From: Ginglymostoma cirratum
Taxonomy: Eukaryota
NCBI GenBank assembly: GCA_024137785.1
Contig: JAHRHZ010000218.1
Span: forward strand, 10,067,624 to 10,131,623
DNA: 64,000 nucleotides
Reading direction: 5' to 3'
Under the pieces are notes generated by a model. The model had not been told where the DNA came from. It worked only from the letters and a program-made list of their open reading frames with translations, and ran no database searches. This document shows positions 51,406-63,315 of this stretch, piece by piece (positions within the stretch are counted from its first letter, which is position 1; each line of letters begins with the position of its first letter). Position numbers and translations under genes: made by a program.

Positions 51406-53552
51406 CCAATCCCCACCATAACCTTTCCTTGGTTTTAGGGACTAACAACTCATAAATCACTCCAGAAAATGCCTACAGTAGGTGATGAGAGTGGGAGAGA
51501 TTCCTGGTCAGCCATGCGTTGGAGAGCAATTGGTGTGTTGACCAATGATATGTATGCCACAGCAACATGATCCTCTTGCGGTGCTGGATGGCCAAGTTTT
51601 CAGGATGGCCAATATAGATCAAATTGGTGCCTGTGGCGTGGAGTTCGATTTCCTGTTCCAGCTGGGGTGGATTCACAACCTGCCTCCTTACCCTACTTAA
51701 GGTCAGGATTGTGGAAATATGGGACAAATATGTTTTGTTTAGAGAAGTGAAGAACTGCGCTAATTGTAATTCAGTAAATGGAATCTGTGACAGCTTATTT
51801 ATTGCAAACAGCAAGCTCCCCTTAGTGAAACATACAACGCTGTGCATAGAAACTCATTTTGATTATTAAAGGATTTCTGTTTCAAATCACACATTCTTTG
51901 AAAAGAATTTTGTATTCACGAGCCAATATATCCCACATTGACTATACACGAAGGAACCAATTTCAATTTATGTTGTTTGGAATTTATGTGAAAGATTGAC
52001 TTGAAAAAGAGGGAATGGCACCATCATGGGTCTCTGTACTCTTCCCTCCAGCACCTGGATTAAATCCAACCCAGGCTGATGGCACATAAGATTTTTTGAC
52101 TGCCAAATCCTAAATTACATTTAAACTGCAGCTTCCAATCTGGGATCAGTAATCGCAGTTTGGATTTCAGCTTGTATATAACGCTTGGCTGACGCTAGAA
52201 TTTTGTCACCTAAGACAAAGGGTTGGCTATGCACAATTGCACATATTTGTGTACGTCTCTCTCAGCATTAGTGAGAACGTACATATTGTCAAAATCTTGT
52301 ACAAATTGTACAAATGCTTAAAAAAAAACCTGGGCCATTTCATCCTTGTTTAAAATCGCCTTTAGTCAAATGGAACTCCACAGGGCATCTCACACAATTT
52401 TTTCTCCATTATTGAGTCAGTTCCAACATTATGCACTCAAATGAAAGCTTTCACATTGATGTGGAACTGAAAATCATAGCTGTCCTAATAGCCGATGGGT
52501 CAAGTACATGTCTAATTTGTGAAGTCGGGAAGGGCACCGCTCTGGCAGCCGGGTTCCAGATATATCTAACACCACAGTTACCAATTTGTGGTAGTTGTTG
52601 TTGTACAGGGTTTTGACTGTGTGTTTTGAAACCAACACACTTTGTGATCCTGAGGGTAGCCTACAGACACAAATGTAGGTGTGCATCGCTAGTTGGTTTT
52701 AGCCATTTCCAACTTTGTACAGGACATAGCGCTGCTGCCCGCAAAACAAACACTCCCCCACCGCCCCCCAACCCCCATGACCTTCCTATTGCTGCCCAGT
52801 TTCTCGTCCTTTCTCTGGGCTGGTAGCCAAACATCCCATTTCTGTAGATCCTTTTGTGGAAAATGATCACCAGTCACCCGTGGTGTCTGTACTGACCTTG
52901 GCACATCAGAGGAGGACAGGTTGAAGAGAGGCCCAGACCCACCAGAGATCCCAGCCTCAAGCAGTTACAGCTGTGTAGGAACAATTACTAGCTGCAGAGG
53001 GGAGCCAGTGCCTTCAGCTCCTTTGAATAGTTTACCAAGGGAAGGAAGAGTGACGGTGTTGCAGTTACCTGCAAGTGAGTGAAAGACAATGCGAAACGAC
53101 TCTTTGCATGATTAGGGAAACTGTCACCGAGATTTGCCACCTCCTGTAGGAAGATCTGTAGTCACTTAGCATGGGAGGCAGTGTTGTGCCTGTGGGGCTG
53201 TAGAATCACTACAGGCAGTTCATCATTAGCAATAGGATCAGCCGTTCAGTGCTCTCCAGCAGTTGTCCTAGTGTCAGAGATCTTGGCCCTCCGTTCCCCT
53301 TTCAGCCTGAGGCCTGTGTCAATGGTATATTTATCAGATTGTCACTCACAGCCTGTTCCAAATAGATTACCCATCATGTTGAATGCTTCAGTGTTGTTGA
53401 AGGATGTGGAGTAACATCTTAATGCTGCATCCTTTTAGGGTGCTGACTGTTCCTCCTCAGAGGCAGGGGTGGGGAACAGGTATCTTCCCCTTATGCTTTG
53501 ACTGGGATTTGGATCGAGAGGCTGAACAGAAGAACACTAAGTGTTGTTAGTG

Positions 53553-53886
53553 TAGAATCCTTACAGTGTGGAAGCAGGCCATTTGGCCCATCGAATTTAC
53601 ACTGATCCTCTGAAGAGCATTCCACTCAGATGCATCATCTACCCTATCCCTTTAAGCCCACATTCCCCACCTAACCTATATATTCCTGGATATTATGGGC
53701 AATTTAACATGGCCAATCCACTAACCTGTACGTCATTGGACTATGGGAAAAAACTAGACCACCCGAAGGAAACCCTCAGAGACATTGGAAGAACATGCAA
53801 ACTCCACACAGACTGTCTCCCAAGCATGGAATCAAACTCAGGTCCCTGGCACTGTGAGGCAGTAATGCTAACCATTGAGTCACCAT
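53553..53886 (-). mobile_element. HE1-like V-SINE
   Basis: Homologous to 38889-39197. Confidence 0.85.
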
Positions 53887-53904
53887 AGTACTCAGAACTT
53901 AAAG

Positions 53905-54795
53905 TTTGTTACAAGGAGTTGGGACTTTTTATCTTGTACTCATCAGCACTAAGACATAAAAACCAGTCTTGACAAAAAGAAGACACAATTTTATGTAGAA
54001 TGAGAACAGCATGCTTGTGTCATAATTGGCATGGAGATGCAGTAAGAATAATTAACTGTCAATCTTAAACAAGACCACGCAGATAGATTCTGATTAACTA
54101 GTGGGTTACCGTGTGGATACAGCAGAGTTTAACTGTCTCCAAAACCCTATTTTTGAAATAAAAGATGTGATGCATGTACAAATTAATTTCTTTTCTACAC
54201 AAAGCAGAGTCCAGAGGATCTGCATGCGTAGCTCCTGCCACACACCAAGAGGCCGGCTAACAATTCTGAATTGGTTTCCAGACTAACTTTAACACAGTCC
54301 ACTGACAGGATCATGTTATATAGCCAAAACAAAAGATGTTTTGCCTGCCACACCGATGAGTAATGTGATATATGAGTTCCACTGTCAAGCCTTATGTCCC
54401 AATGACGAGTGAACTTGGTGAACAGTATCAAACAGCACGTCATGTTGGCCATTCACAGTGGGCCGTATGCTGCTTTTGGCCAAACCGCTCATGTTGACAA
54501 GCCTCAGAAGAACAAATCCATCATTAGATATGGCTCAGCTACTGGAAATCATTTATAGTGACACTGGCCCACAGTCTGCAGCAGATCATTCATCCCCTTT
54601 CAGTGCTAATGTCTCCTCTCACCACACTGGCTCACCTCTGCTACTAGCTCATCAGCCAGAATGGTCTCCTGTCGGCATCCCTGCGAAAGAGAACATCCTT
54701 TCTTTCCTGGACAGCCTGCACGAGAACCTAAGGTGTGGGGTGACACTCTGTCTGGCACAAGGAAGTAAATATGTCTTCATCCTAGTGAACAATAA
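53905..54795 (+). mobile_element. Penelope-like element remnant: inverted pseudo-LTR (minus, ~53905-54212) plus GIY-YIG-region fragment (plus)
   Basis: Plus strand from 54332 reads KDVLPATPMSNVIYEFHCQ...LVNSIKQHV (Penelope GIY-YIG signature). Minus strand has a hammerhead-like CTGATGA-GTACAAGAT-AAAAAGTC at 53946-53923. Confidence 0.7.
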
Positions 54796-54990
54796 CCTTT
54801 TTTTAGCTATTTATGATGTAAGCATTAGTATGTCAGAGAAAGTATTTATAAAATCTCAAAGATTGGATTCTAGTTCTAAGTATGTCTCCTACCAGCAGGC
54901 ATCACTGCTGAGAGGCATGGTCCTATTCATTAGCTGAAGGGTGTTTGACCATTTTCCTATATCTGCCCCCAATCCTTTATTCAACACCTT

Positions 54991-55889
54991 TGTTATAAAG
55001 TAGAGGTTGACCACCCCGATTTCTAAAACCAAAACATCCAAAGAGGAGCACCTCACCCTCTAATCTGTAAAAGGAATGTGAAATGTGGTGCAACCTGCTT
55101 TTCAGCAACATCTAGTCATTAAATAAAATAAGTCCCTGACACTCACTTTACAATCAACAAGCAGTAATTTATTTATCTAACTCTAACAGTGAACAAATTA
55201 ACTGAATAAACCTCTTCTAACTACCAACTATTCCCTAATAAAACAAGATTTTAATGGCAAGCTGTTCCAATAAATATAAGTCTCATTGATGTAAAATAAA
55301 TAAAATGTATATATAATTTACTTTCTTGAAATTACAGCCAGGTTACATGTCTTCTGGAATACTCTGTGCCTTCTCCATTGATTCTTCTGTCAGGAATATT
55401 AACTAGTTGTGCTCTAAGTACCTTTGATTCAGATGGTGCTTTAGCTAAAACTTGGAGAAAGCCAAGAGCCAGGGAATCTCTCTTGAGAGCTGATAGCTGT
55501 TAACTCTGGCAGATGGTAGTAACATCTCCCGCCTTTGCCCAATTGCCCCTTCTTTCATACCCTTGATGACATATCAGCTTCTTAAAATAGGATTGGTCCT
55601 ACATTGTCAAAACCATCAGATTAAATTTAATTGGTTTTTGGTATCTAAATGTCTGGTTCAAATTAATTGGCTAAATTCAAAACTCCTTGCCTGCGATAGC
55701 AAAACAAAACTGCATCTTGGCCTGCTAACGGTATAGCCTTTTGATACAAATGTTTCAATTTGAGTGTTCTCTGTGCATGCGCAAACCCACAAGCTGCTGC
55801 CCATAGACATCTTTTTTGAACTTCTATGCATGGAAAAACATATCATCTTTTAAAGGGACCACGCACTACTTTACCCCTAGCATTTTACA
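54991..55889. mobile_element. LTR-like or unclassified interspersed repeat
   Basis: TGTTA...TTACA termini bounding a distinct block. No TSD or coding similarity recognised. Confidence 0.3.
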
Positions 55890-57075
55890 AACAGCAATAT
55901 TTTACAAACACCAGATTCTGACATCCTGCCTCCCAATCCACAAGTAGTCTACCCAACTTTGCAACACCTTTTAAATCTTAATGGTCCAATACTTAACATT
56001 TTTCTTAACATTCAACTATTAACATCTCCCTCACTTTCATTCCAATCCTCAATGTTTCTTTTCAACACTGTTCTCTGGCTGTGTTGAAGAAGGTGGTACT
56101 GTAACATTGGGAAATTCTGCTTACCAGCAGGCTGTACTATCAACTTTCTCTATGCGGTTATGAACAAAGACATCAAGGGTGGTATCACTCCACTAGCACA
56201 ATTTAAGACTGTTGACCATATGTTTTGGCTGTGGATTAACTGCCTGCTAATTGCTCAAGTATGGCAGGTCTCATCAGCGCAATGTTCTTCACTGCTGCTC
56301 ACCATGCTATGTTTGCGATAATCAATTGCACACCAGGGATTGATTAACTTTGTGGGCTAATTTATTTAAAACAGTCAGCTATATTAGAAGTAATGTTGCA
56401 GTTATTATAACAAGCTAACTCATTTCTATGTGTGCAGTTTGCACACCCACAGTAGACTAACTGCTGGGGAGAGTAGCAACATTATATGAAGTCCATAAAG
56501 GTGAACTCTCTAAATGGCAGGCTACAGGGAGTTCATTTTGGAACATTGTTCATATGATAGACATGGCAGATAAATGCAACCTGTTTTTGTGGCCTGTTGG
56601 GTGCAGGTTGGGTGCAGGGGGAGAAAGGGAACAGTCCTCATGTAATTGAGCCCCAGTTGGGGATGATGGGAACTGGGTGGGTAGTACAGATACTGAAAAT
56701 GGATGCGGGCACAAATTAACCACGCTTCCCAGTCCGCTGGTTTACAGTCCCATTAAAATGACAACCACAGTCTTCTGAGAGAACCTGAAACTCTTTTCAG
56801 TTTAGGGAACATTTCCTCAAAGAATTATTCCTCCTGAAGTCATAAATGTTAATAAAAAGTCGTGAAAAATATATTCTTTAGAACACAGCTGCAAATAAAA
56901 AACAAAATAGGCATAAAATTTGACTCCTATTGCAGCTATTTTTTAAACATCTTAAATACCATTTTGTCTCCAAATGGTATCCACAGTGTACACGTACCTT
57001 TCTAATAATGCCAAGCAGTGTGTAGCAAGAGGAAATCTGGAAGCGACAAAGTGTAAATAGACAGTGCGTGGGGAA

Positions 57076-57310
57076 TGTAGTGATTGGAATGGGGTTGGCT
57101 AGCTGGATCTCACTGAGTATGAGTTTCCTGATTGGGCCTATTAACCTGGGCCAATTAGAGAGTCCTGGCTGACAGATATAACAGGAGTCTCAGGGACTGT
57201 CAGCATTCTAGGGACTGGCTCTGAGCTAGCTAGTTATTGTCCAAGAACTGGGTGTGTGTAAATAAGGTGTGACTTGGTGACAGGATACTGGTCTCTGTGG
57301 AGTTATTTCA
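57076..57310 (+). mobile_element. Solo LTR
   Basis: TGTAGTGAT...TTATTTCA termini, inverted CCAAT boxes, TATA-like gatataa, polyA-like aaataag, 5-bp TSD GGGAA/GGCAA. Confidence 0.75.
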
Positions 57311-57329
57311 GGCAAAGATCTGGAAAACA

Positions 57330-58070
57330 GAACATAATGTGGTAAGTTGTCAATTTTTGACATGAAGAATAAAAAAATCAGCATATTATTTAAATGTTGA
57401 AAGATTGCAGACCTCCAAGATGCTGAAGCATCTGGGTATCCTTTCATGTGAATTGACAAGGCTGGTATCCCAGCACAGCCAGTAATTAGGAGAGCTAATA
57501 GAATGGTATCATTTACTTTAAGGGAATTGAATGCAGGAGTAGTGAAGTTATGCTTCAGTTATACAGGGCACATCTGGAGTCCTGTGTACATCTCCTTACT
57601 TAAGGAAGGATGTAAATGTGGTAGAAGCAGTTCAGAGAAGGTTCACTGCACTCATACCTAGCACAAGTAGTTTGTTTTCTCAGGAAACTTTGGATAGGTA
57701 GGCTTCCACCTACTGGAATTGACTTGCTTAAAGCATATGAAGGCTCTTCACTGGCTGGATGTGGAGAGAATGTTTCCTTGCTTGGGAGAATTGTGAATGA
57801 AGGGTCAGTCTTTCAAAATACAGGTTGTCCTTTGAAGATGAAAATAGAGAATTTTGTTTTCTCTGAAAGGATCCTGAGTGCCTGGAACCCTTCCTGAAAA
57901 GGTGATGGAAGTGGAGTCCTTGAATATTCAGGCAAAAGTAGATACATTCTCAATGAGCAAAGGGGTGAAAAGTTATCCAGTGTAGTTGCAGTGATCAGAT
58001 CAGCCATTCACTTACTGAATGGAGAAGTAGGCTTGATGACTGAATGGCCTACTCTTGCATCTAGCTCATA
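57330..58070 (+). mobile_element. CR1 3' fragment
   Basis: Decayed ANRMVSF...EVMLQLYRA.HLE.CV...LRKDVNVVEAVQRRFT motifs. Same family as 8222-9060. Confidence 0.8.
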
Positions 58071-59249
58071 TGCTTGCAAAATATCAGAAGTGTGTGGGTG
58101 TGGGCATTTTGGAGCTCATTGCTGCAGCCTTTTCATTTGCACACATGAATGTGTTCAACAGAATGAATATTCTCCTAAGTTCCCCTGGATCTTCTTACAA
58201 TTAGTGTTTTCTGTTTTGTGTAGTTGTGAAAAAATTGGCTAAAGTACTTGGAGTGGCATACAGGTATAAAGTATACAGGCATGGCTGTAGGGATACTAGA
58301 GGAATTTGTTGAGGGCAAACCACATGTTCTCAGACCTGTATTAGTTTGCAATGTCTGAGCAAACCGCATGACTGGAAGAAAAGTGGTTACATAGAGAAAG
58401 AAAGGCTGCTGAAATGTGGAGGTGGGATGAAGGAGTCCCAGTCAAGGCTGTAACTGTCAGGGTATTCAGGAAGCAGTTCCCCAATATTTGTCTTGGTAAA
58501 GAGCAATGGGTGGGATTTTTCCAGGTCTTCAGCATCTTGGCAAAGGTAGAAAATATGGAACACAAATTGTCAGAATTCTAATGTCAAGATGAAGGTTTGA
58601 GTTTCTCCTGGTTAAGCTGTGAATGTCACTAACTAATAATGACTAGATTCTTTTCATGTATTTTCATCTTTTTAATAACTGATCCTGCCTTATTTCTATA
58701 AAGCTCCCAATTCTCCCCTCTTTCCCTGAGCAATCTGATAGCACCAATTCCTGAATGAGCCAACTGGTTACTTGATGATGCTTGCTTCTCTGGGCCTCAG
58801 ACATCTCCACAGTCATTACCGTTTCCCTGCTTGCTCCATGCCTCCTTCCACACTTCCTCTGTGAAACTAGACATTGTCAAGCCAACAGCCTCAGCACATC
58901 ATCGCTGCTCCATTCAGACCAGCTCTCACACTCTAATTCAACCCTTCAGGACTTTATTTTAGAACTCAGGGACACTTATCACTAATGTGCTTCTGCCAGG
59001 TTGCTTTGCATATGGGTTCACATGCATCTCTCAAATTGGTACATGATGCATCTTATAGAACTTAGTTTGCTTACTTAGTACACACACATTTTGTGCTGAC
59101 TCTTCAGTGCATAGGTGCCTCTGTCCTAAATTACAGGCTGCTGGCTTCTGTCACTTGTTTTGCTTTCCAGTGTGTAGGATATTTGGCATAACACACAGGT
59201 CACCAATCTCTGACCTGAATTAGTGTGGAGGGAAGGGCAGACAGTTTGT

Positions 59250-60060
59250 CACTGTCCAGAGAACTGAATACTACCCTCAAGACTGTAGACATGTTGCCTG
59301 GCACCATATTAATTCATCACACCTCTAGCATGGACAAACAGCTTATGGGGCAGACATGTTGCAATTGCCTGAAACAAATGGCCATGTCTGCACAACAGGG
59401 AATTAAGATCAGTTTGGAATGCAGGATCTACTTGTAATATTTGACAGTTTGTTGTACAATGTTGTCTTATGAGGAAGGTTACTGCGGCTGTGTTCTGAGT
59501 TGAACACATTTCATTCTTTCTAGACTGAAGCAGATGGAAGAAGCAAGCAACTTCCTAAGGCTTACAGGCTCTCCATAGATCAGTACACATACCACTTTTG
59601 GGCTTTGCATATCAACTGTTACTGGAAGGGATTCTACACCATCACGTCCACTGTCTTATATAAATCAACAATTCTCATTTTGAGCATTCTGCTGGGCCAT
59701 CTGCATTTGAAGCTCCATGACAAGCCCACTGCATTCCAATGAATAACCTTTGGAGATATTGCTTATGATTTTGGTGCACAGCTTATACATGCTTGACAGC
59801 ATGCACACAACAAAAACACATGTTATGTGAAAAGTAACAGGGATGCTTACAGTAACTATTGCCTAGACCAGTCTAGAGGTGCCTGCCAATTATTAGCAGG
59901 TGTATCAAGATTCACTGTGGCTTGCTGTACCCTGCTCATCATGAAGGCCCAGTTCCTTCAACCAGCTACACAGATGGCTGAGATCGAGGATGGAGAGGAA
60001 AAGACAACTCTTTCTGACTGGGCTACTCATGATAGACTTATTCTAGTGTGATACCAAGGA
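59250..60060 (+). mobile_element. PIF/Harbinger transposase pseudogene
   Basis: Collinear motifs AGSTCNI*QFVVQCC..KVTAAV (~59420), YWKGFYTI (~59620; NRKGFHSL-like) and CLDQSRGACQ...VSRFTVACCTL (ORF 59827). Confidence 0.7.
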
Positions 60061-61594
60061 ATACAACACAACTTAATTCAATGACAATTCCAAAACTTAC
60101 TCCTCCTGTATCCTTTCCATCAGCTATTCGCACTGCCAAAAATAGTCACTACAAAATAAAAATAAGTCCGTCCATACCATACCACAAAGGCATGTCAACT
60201 AATCACACTAAAAGCCTGAGTTAAATGTGCCTATGCTTGTTCCATCATTCCTAGACAGTGCTATTCCAGTGATGACGGAGGCTGATAATCCTCAGTGGGG
60301 ATAACTATAGATAATTTCTCAAAACTACATTTAAACATCTCTAGCTCTTGAAGGTGCAAATTCAAAGTGAACTTCTTAGCATGAATATCATTAGCCTGGG
60401 CTGGCTGATTGGCGGCAGCAGCAAAAGTATAGGTAACATGGTGGCTGGATGAATGCCGTCAACCTGAGAAAGGACAGCAGGTTTGTGCTCCATCGCCATT
60501 CACACAAGTCATCTCAGACCCTTTGAACTCTGGTGTCAGAACCTATGATGACCGCAATCTGGAATTGCATAACTTCAGCCTGAGCCCCCAGTGCAGCACT
60601 CCGACATTGAGCGACTTCTGATCAGGCCTCAGTAGAAGCTGAGGCATTGGCTGACAGATGCTGCATTATATGGTTGGGCCCACAAAGTGTGCTAATGGAG
60701 CCGGGCAGCACTTTCAAATTTTAAGAGACTAAGCCCTGTGCTTTGTTGGTGCTGGGCTATTCTAACATTCCTGAAATGACTGCAGGCTTTCTGTCAGGCC
60801 TGCCAATCTACCAAATATTTAATTCATATACCCATCGGCCTTCTTCTGAATGTCACCTCAGCAAAGAGCTCATATAATTCCTCTATGCAGAATTCCTGTG
60901 TGGCCAGCTGACAAGCTGGCATATGTCCTAGCCTTGCTCACTAATCTGACAGCAGACAACTTTTAACTTGCCATGTGCACCTCGAAGCTATTCTGTAAAG
61001 GACCTGAGCTGGAGCACGCAAGTATGAACAATGGTATACCCTCTTAATCGCTATTTTCCTGCTTTTCCTTTGCTGGTTGGAGGTCTTGGGCATTTGAATA
61101 GAGAAAGTGCAGGTTGTGGTGAGGGGAGAGAAACCAGAACAGTATGGGATACACAGAAGGATGTGAGGAGGGCCTGGATTGAGGAGTTGTGCCCTTTTGT
61201 TGCTCCAATCATGGAACGCAATGTCTCCTCAATGTGTAGTTTTATCTACATGCCCCCACTGACTCCCATCCACACTGTCTCCTCCACCCACCCTCTCAAT
61301 GCCAACCCTCCTGCCCTCTTCCAAGTCAACCAATTAGTTCCGACCACCTCCTTTTATGCCTTGTCCTTCAGCAGGCAGGAAAGCATGACAGTGAAGTGTG
61401 GTATAATATGCCTGGGTAATGTGACTGTGTGGTTAAAAAGGTGAAAATGTGAGAGATTTACAGCAAAGCTAAATGTAAGAACATGAGTTGAAACTATTAA
61501 GCATGAGTCATGACTGAAAGATTTTTGTTGTGAGATGTGGATGTGGTGTATTGAGCTGCCTACATTGTGCGGTTGTTTGGCTCTGGCACTTTGA

Positions 61595-61735
61595 AAGTTT
61601 GAAGAAGGGTCAAAGGACTTAAAACATCAACTCTATTTTCTCTCCACACATGATGCAAATTTGCTGAGATGTGCCAGCAATTTCTGTTTATCTTTATTTC
61701 AGATTTCCAGAATCTGCAGCTTTTTGCTTTAATTT
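61595..61735 (+). mobile_element. Single-arm copy of the hammerhead-bearing element
   Basis: AGT-tTGAAGA-A-GGGTC-AAAG-GACtt-aAAA-CATC-AACT, then the family tail (tctctccacacatgatgc...gctgag...ccagcaatttctg...ttcagatttccagaatctgcag). Confidence 0.7.
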
Positions 61736-61739
61736 ACTC

Positions 61740-62900
61740 GTCTACCTAGTTCCATTAATCTTGTAAAATTCATCCTGTCCCACTGCCAAATTTGATGTAT
61801 TATTACAAAGGTGTCAAAAAGGCACCAAATCTTTGATAGCTGGATGACATCACAACATGTGACATGCACATATGAAAGGTGTCCATCTCACTCTCAATTA
61901 ATGAGTCAGGCAGTTTGGCTGCAGTCAGTTATGTATGTAGTGTAAATGTTATATAAGTTAGCATAGAACTCGGACAATAGGTATATCATCAACGTACGTA
62001 GTTAGTGTTGGTGATAAACATCAACACACCTGTTTCAGCAAAATCGCAATCTTTGCCGTAAATGATACTTGAGGTAATGAAAAGGGAAGTTCTCAAATCG
62101 TATCTTAGTTGCAGTGGTGATTTATCCAATGAAACCACATCACACATCTCTCCTCCTCACTATCTCCTGCATCTTAAAGCCTCTAGTACAGCATTAGAAC
62201 ATCCTGGAGCTTGCTTCCTGTTACTCCTGTGCTAGTTTTGTCATTCCTGACTCTTTTGGTATACCTTCCAGCACCTCACCTTTCCTCTAAGTCTTACCGA
62301 TAGGCTTTAGGCTACGGTTGTCACCATTTTGCTCAGGAATGCAGTGACTAAACAGTGCACATTGTACTGACCGTACATTTCAATGATTCAAACAAGCAGG
62401 TATTACGATAGTAGCGTACTTCACAGAAACAATAGGTTCAATTTAAGAGCATTACAATCCCTATGCCATTTTTTGGGTGTGTTCTCAGACTTTGAAGCCA
62501 ATATGTTTACCTTGGATGTATATGCCGATGTAATTTCCAGGTTGGTAATTTCACTGCATTCCAATGCCGTGTAAACATGATCCATTTTGGCTCAGGATGT
62601 ATTTGTCTGCCTGGTGATGGTGGACTATAGTTTGTGTTTTAACATTCGCAGTGCATAGCAATGGCTTGATGTGACACAGATGCCATTTACTCACATGTGT
62701 ATTTCATCAGCTTTGGGCCTGCTCCTGTTATCTGATTTATTGCAAACTCCTGTAAACTGTTCAGTGCACGGTGACAAAGTGTTGACTTTACAGTGATGTT
62801 GGCACATGTATTGTGTGAAAACATAGACTATCAAAGATTGCACAAAATTAGATGCTTGCTGACAAAACCCTGTTAAAATATTCCCGACATATTTGCCAGA
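61740..62900 (-). mobile_element. Possible old Penelope-like ORF remnant
   Basis: Minus strand PKWIMFT.. (~62590), IGFK-like (~62500) and IG*ITTATKIRFE (~62130; YIGQT..RF.EH-like). Very decayed. Confidence 0.35.
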
Positions 62901-63022
62901 CAAAACAAATTTTCCTATTCATTGAGGTAACATACACTATTTAAAGCAGCATTTTCCCTTTTTAAACCCAGTATCAATAACAGAGTCTCGCCGTATAAGT
63001 AAAGCTCAAATTGGATTTAGTC

Positions 63023-63315
63023 AGTCATACAGCTGTTCGGCATGAAAATGGACCCTTTGGTCCAACCTGTCCATGCTGACCAGATATCCTAAATTAATCT
63101 AGTCCCATTTGCTAACATTTGGCCCATATCCTTCTAAACCCTTCCTATTCATGTCCTCATCCAGATGTCTTTTAAATGTTGAAATGGTGGAGGCTGGTAC
63201 AATTACCTCTGGCGCCTCATTCCATATACGCACCACCCTGTGTATGAAAAGGTTGCCCCTTTGGTCCCTTTTAAATCTTTCCCTTTTCACCTTAAACCTA
63301 TGCCCTCTAGTTTTA
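63023..63315 (-). mobile_element. CR1 LINE extreme 3' end
   Basis: Minus ORF ERFKRDQRGNLFIHRVVRIWNEAPEVIV...TFKRHLDEDMNRKGLEGYGPN. Homologous to 10116-10410. Confidence 0.9.

Noticed and set aside
54458-54937. 159-aa ORF
   Set aside because: Lies in a decayed Penelope-like remnant and has no recognisable domain in this frame.
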